DNA of 64,000 nucleotides from Tubiluchus corallicola (lineage: Eukaryota; Animalia; Priapulida). Under the pieces are notes generated by a model. It was not told the DNA's origin. It saw only the letters and a program-made list of their open reading frames with translations, and made no database searches. Both the position numbers and the translations under genes were made by a program. Numbering within the stretch: the stretch's first letter is position 1; each line of letters begins with the position of its first letter. The stretch is from positions 1-64,000 of the forward strand of contig JAQGDQ010002380.1 in assembly GCA_030141605.1 (NCBI GenBank). The letters are read 5' to 3'. This document shows, in pieces, positions 59,467 through 64,000 of the stretch.

Positions 59467-62400
59467 TACTCATGGGATTGAATTAAGAACGCCCGCGTTC
59501 ACACGTGTCTGTGTTGTCTAGTCATTGGTTTGAATTCCAAAGGTTTCTGGTTCAAATATATTGTGTTCACTTTACCAATAACTGATAATCTCGAATTTAA
59601 ACTTATAACTAATTAGCTAATTATTTTATTTAATTACTTTCCAGAAGTTCCAAGTCATCTTCATGACTACGATTCCTACGTGCGGTTCTGCTTTTACCCG
59701 GGGGAGGCAGCTCGACGTCCCGCGCCAGCCACGTTCTTACCAGAAGACATCGACCCCTCAACTTGCACGCACATCGTGTTTGGATACGCCACAATATTGG
59801 ATAATGAGCTGACGGCCAAGTCAGAGTCAGATTTAGGTAAGTTGCTTGTTGCAAAGTGCTTTTGCCAATATGGTGTTATTGTTTACCATCCAAAGAAATT
59901 TCTGTGCTCATTGCGATGATGATGATGATTATGGCGACGACGACAACGATGATGATTCAGCTTTAAGTAGAACAGACAAACAAAGCTGCAATGAGATTTT
60001 TTATTGCCCACGATAAATTACGAATTACAACTACATAACAGAGATTAGTCACACAGGGCAACTACACGTAGCATTTTTTAATTTTTTTATATGACTGTCT
60101 TTCGTATCGAACACGCAACCTCCTGTACGGAGCTCGGACGTTTTACCTATCAGGCTACGCAGCCACTGTATTTGCCTAAGTGTTTGAAGAGAGACAGTAC
60201 GACGTGACTATTAAACGAATACACAACATTGTCGTTCTGGCTATTGAGATTGCAAGCTGAGGTAAAAAGGTATCGAGGTTTAGGGACTGAAGTCGTGGAC
60301 ACTGGGTAGTGGGTTTTGAGTTTAAACAGGTACTGTGGGTAGAAATACCAAAAAACGTCAGGTCTATTTTATACACTCCCGAAATACTTTTCAGATTGCA
60401 CGCAAAGTGTTAAAATTACTTGAAGATCACCAGTCGAATATTCATTCACGAAAAAAGGTTTATAAATAGAAGTAAATAAGTATAATCATTTTACTAGTTT
60501 TACAATCTGTTCACAAACCTACTAAATTGACAATATGATAAAAATCATGGTTTTTTGGTTCTTTTCTTAGAGAAGCGGTACGAAATCTCGACTTCACACT
60601 TAATCGCATTTAGATATAGATCTAGTAACTAATTTAATCTACAGCCAAAGGGAAGAAATAAAATGAGGTCTGCAACATCTTGATGGCTCTGCTTGTTAAA
60701 TGGTTTCAGCTTATCGTAGCCCCGAATGCACCACTCATATTTTACGCCTAGCACACGAACGCAGCGCACCCTGTGCTTAACTCCCCAGCCTGTGGTATCA
60801 TTGATGACTTTCTTTTCTGGCTAATTATCACATTGGACACAATTCAATTCAATTCAATAATTTTTTATTTGGCTGATTTGCAACACAAAACATTAAACTA
60901 TATACGTAATGATAGCAACAATGCGATAACAAAAACAGGTATGGTTTGAAAATTCTACAGAGTAGGATCGTGAACTTTCCAGACTCACCCCGAGACATGT
61001 CTTCTGTTCCTGAAATGGTAACTCGCGTAATTTCGTAACTTTGAAGCTCGTAGCTCTAATTTTAAATGCTTTTACTCACTTTCTGCATATAGTATTTTTT
61101 AGCACTTCTAGTTTTAGTCTAGGTAAATTTTAATTGTATGTTTTTGTGGCTTTTATGCTGAAATAAATAGTACAATGAATGGATCAATCATAAATCAATC
61201 ATTCTGACATGCTCTTCTCCTCACTTCTTAGCTTAACAAACCCAAATGAGGTTCAGTTTTAGTTATTTCAATGGCAAATAAAAAAAATTGATTTAATTTT
61301 GCTTTAATTTTGTTGCGTTTTTCCAACTTTTTTGTTAAATGATAAAGCACATAAAAATTGACGATATAAAACACATTGAAAAATCCCTGGTAAAGACCTA
61401 CTTAACAATAACCAAGGTACACGGTGCAAGAAAGCAACAAACTGAACAAAGACCTGATCAAGTAAAAGTGCATTCAAAGCTGTGGTACAAGGAAAAAACC
61501 TAATGAAGCAATGAGTATTGAAGTAACTTTCCACAAATTTTATATTTTGTCAGAATTTCAAGAGGCCATTTATGCACTTTAACCCATGTCACAAAAATGA
61601 TGTGTCGCATTCATTGTTAAACCAAATTTTGAGCTAAACGTTTTTTAAAACATCGTTATTGCATTGTTTAAGACGCTGGTTGGGCTTTAAATTGCTATTT
61701 GCAGTAATACCTAACTAAAAAATCCGTTTGCACTAACTGTTTCTGTCGAAGCATTTAATAAAATTCTTTTTTAGAATTGTTTCAGAGAATCCTGGCCCTA
61801 AAAAACCAAAATCCAGATCTGAAGGTACTGCTAGCAGTAGGCGGTTGGGCAGAAGGTTCACAGCGTTTCAGCAATATGGCGTGGTCTCTCAACTCACGTC
61901 TTACCTTTGTTAATTCTGTACTTCATTTCCTGAGACAATATGGTTTCGATGGACTAAATGTCGACTGGGAGTTTCCGGGCTACGAACGAAGAGGTGGACA
62001 TCCTTCAGATAGAGACAATTTACCACTGCTCTTAGAGGTATTGATATAAAAATATTAGTAGTATTTGACAGGCTATAACACTCTAACTGCTTTGCTCTTG
62101 AAATTCATCTTTTCAAGCATTTTAAAGCAGGTTGTTAGTTCTGCTAGTTGACCGTCGGTTCTTCGTGTCTATATGGTGTAGTTTTGGCTTGAACAAATTA
62201 ATGCAAAGTGAGGACTCTTCTTACCCAATATCTCTGTGTCAATTTTAAATTTATGTACAATTGTGTGTTTAATTTTTAGGAGCTTCACAAGATCTTTACG
62301 ATGGAAGCCAAGTTTTCCGGCAACAATCAACTAATCTTGGCCACCACGATACCGGGCGCTAAATACTGGATAGATTTGGGTTACGACATCCCGAAAATCT

Positions 62401-64000
62401 CTTCGTGCGTTTATAAATACGTTTCTTATTTTTGATGAAAATAATTGGTACTAATAACGCTATTTAAAAGTTGAATTATCAGTGAATGATAAATTATTAT
62501 GTAGAAGATAACCGCCCTGCAGGTCAAGTGACTAACCTCAAAATTGTCCTTGAAATCTATCATCTACTACCATTAATCCTTGCAAAGCGCCTTGTGTAAA
62601 AAACATCTCTGGTTATTTGTGCTCAAAGAGAAAAAGCTTCTCATAATATTCTTGATTTCTAAATGCAGGTTTAGTGATTATTTACCAATGATGACTTATC
62701 ACCTTAATGGAATATGGAACAAACACGCTGGTCATGGAAGTCCTTTGCATCCTCACTCCTACGATGTGGACAAAACTGCGAATATTGTAAGTGAAGAGGT
62801 CGCCTTTGAAATATCTTTGTTTTTAGTAATTTCAGTTAAGTGTAAGACAACTTGGAAAATCACACACAAGCAAGGGCAGCATTTTTGTGTCATGTGTGTG
62901 AAAGGGATAAATTATTGGAAAATCACGGAAGCACTTTTGAGACTAATAGCTATGAAGATGCGGTATGATCGTTTTCCTTAGATAACCTAGTAATCTTCCA
63001 TGCCATATAGTGTTCCTTGGTTTTTAGGGTACTTGGATAACCTAATAATCTTCCATGCCATGTAGTGTTCCTTAGTTTTTAGTGTACTTGGATAACCTAA
63101 TAATCTTCCATGCCATGTAGTGTTCCTTAGTTTTTAGTGTACTTAGATAATCTAATAATCTTCCATGCCATATAATGTTCCTTAGTTTTTAGTGTACTTA
63201 GATAACCTAATAATCTTCCATGCCATGTAGTGTTCCTTAGTTTTTAGGGTACTTAAATAACCTAGTAATCTTTCATGTCATATAGCGTTCCTTAGTTTTT
63301 AGTGTACTTAGATAATCTAATAATCTTCCATGCCATGTAATGTTCCTTAGTTTTTAGTGTACTTAGATAATCTAATAATCTTCCATGCCATGTAATGTTC
63401 CTTAGTTTTTAGCGTACTTAGATAATCTAATAATCTTCCATGCCATATAATGTTCTTTAGTTTTTAGTGTACTTAGATAATCTAATAATCTTCCATGCCA
63501 TGTAGTGTTCCTTAGTTTTTAGTGTACTTAGATAATCTATTAATCTTCCATGCCATGTAGTGTTGCTTAGTTTTTAGTGTACTTAGATAATCTAATAATC
63601 TTCCATGCCATGTAGTGTTCCTTAGTTTTTAGTGTATTTAGATAATCTAATAATCTTCCATGCCATATAACGTTCCTTAGTTTTTAGTGTACTTAGACAA
63701 TCTAATAATCTTCCATGCCATATAGCGTTCCTTAGTTTTTAGTGTACTTAGATAATTTAATAATCTTCCATGCCATATAGCGTTCCTTAGTTTTTAGTGT
63801 ACTTAGATAACCTAAATCCTATTATCGTTGCTTTTTTTTAAGGAATTCATCGTCCAATATTGGATAAACCATGGAACGGATCCAAAGAAATTGCTGCTGG
63901 GAATTCCTCTTTTTGGACAGACTTACACTCTCCAAGACCCATCTGACCACATGTTAAATGCACCTATTGTAGGAAGTGGCAAGGCTGGACACATGTATCA
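58242..64000 (+). CDS. Secreted GH18 chitinase / chitinase-like protein, 3' incomplete
   Basis: Exons 58242-58311 (signal peptide MQGIGVCLVLVLLAGLSS), 59645-59836 (PEDIDPSTCTHIVFGYA), 61775-62037 (KVLLAVGGW; FDGLNVDWEFP), 62280-62404, 62669-62786 (MTYHLNGIW), 63843-64000 (KLLLGIPLFGQTY); phases are compatible. Confidence 0.93.
59420..59470. repeat. (CTTG)n/(CTTA)n microsatellite, probably a retroelement tail
   Basis: Follows AATAAA. Confidence 0.85.
60100..60165 (-). mobile_element. tRNA-derived SINE head (degenerate)
   Basis: Reverse strand GGCTGCGTAGCCTGATAGGTAA...GTGTTCGATAC has A-box- and B-box-like motifs but no full cloverleaf. Confidence 0.4.
62977..63815. repeat. 55-bp intronic minisatellite, ~15 copies
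   Basis: Unit TAGATAATCTAATAATCTTCCATGCCATGTAGTGTTCCTTAGTTTTTAGTGTACT. Confidence 0.96.

Noticed and set aside
62977-63815. Regular repeat array resembling CRISPR
   Set aside because: Head-to-tail 55-bp units with no unique spacers, inside a eukaryotic intron, with no cas genes.

Overview
AT-rich, microsatellite-rich genomic DNA from an invertebrate animal with spliceosomal introns; no prokaryotic features. (1) A multi-exon + strand gene (~6.2-51.9 kb) joins a neuron-navigator/UNC-53-type calponin-homology (CH) domain, a Ser/Gln-rich linker and a PLEKHG7-type DH-PH RhoGEF module. Its 5' end is also present as an inverted copy at the window start (1-2138). (2) The first six coding exons of a secreted GH18 chitinase-like gene (58.2 kb to the window end) carry substitutions at catalytic-helper residues. 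(3) The standout feature is a 4.76 kb GC/CpG-rich giant palindrome (32590-37347) inside an intron of the RhoGEF gene. It has two ~2.2 kb inverted arms with AGTAG termini, as in Polinton/Maverick ends, around a 333 bp spacer. Each arm carries, reading outward, a small basic ORF with histone H3-tail-like motifs (PRKQ...GGK...ARKSAP), a DEDD-exonuclease-like ORF and a divergent TATA-binding-protein (TBP)-like ORF. The terminal region holds a dense cluster of nuclear-receptor half-sites. There is no polymerase, integrase or capsid gene and no target-site duplication. It looks like a fold-back, non-autonomous derivative of a Polinton-like virus that kept only a transcription/chromatin-manipulation cassette (inference). 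The rest comprises hAT MITEs, LINE/SINE/Penelope remnants, minisatellites and microsatellites. All calls were made by eye, without database searches.
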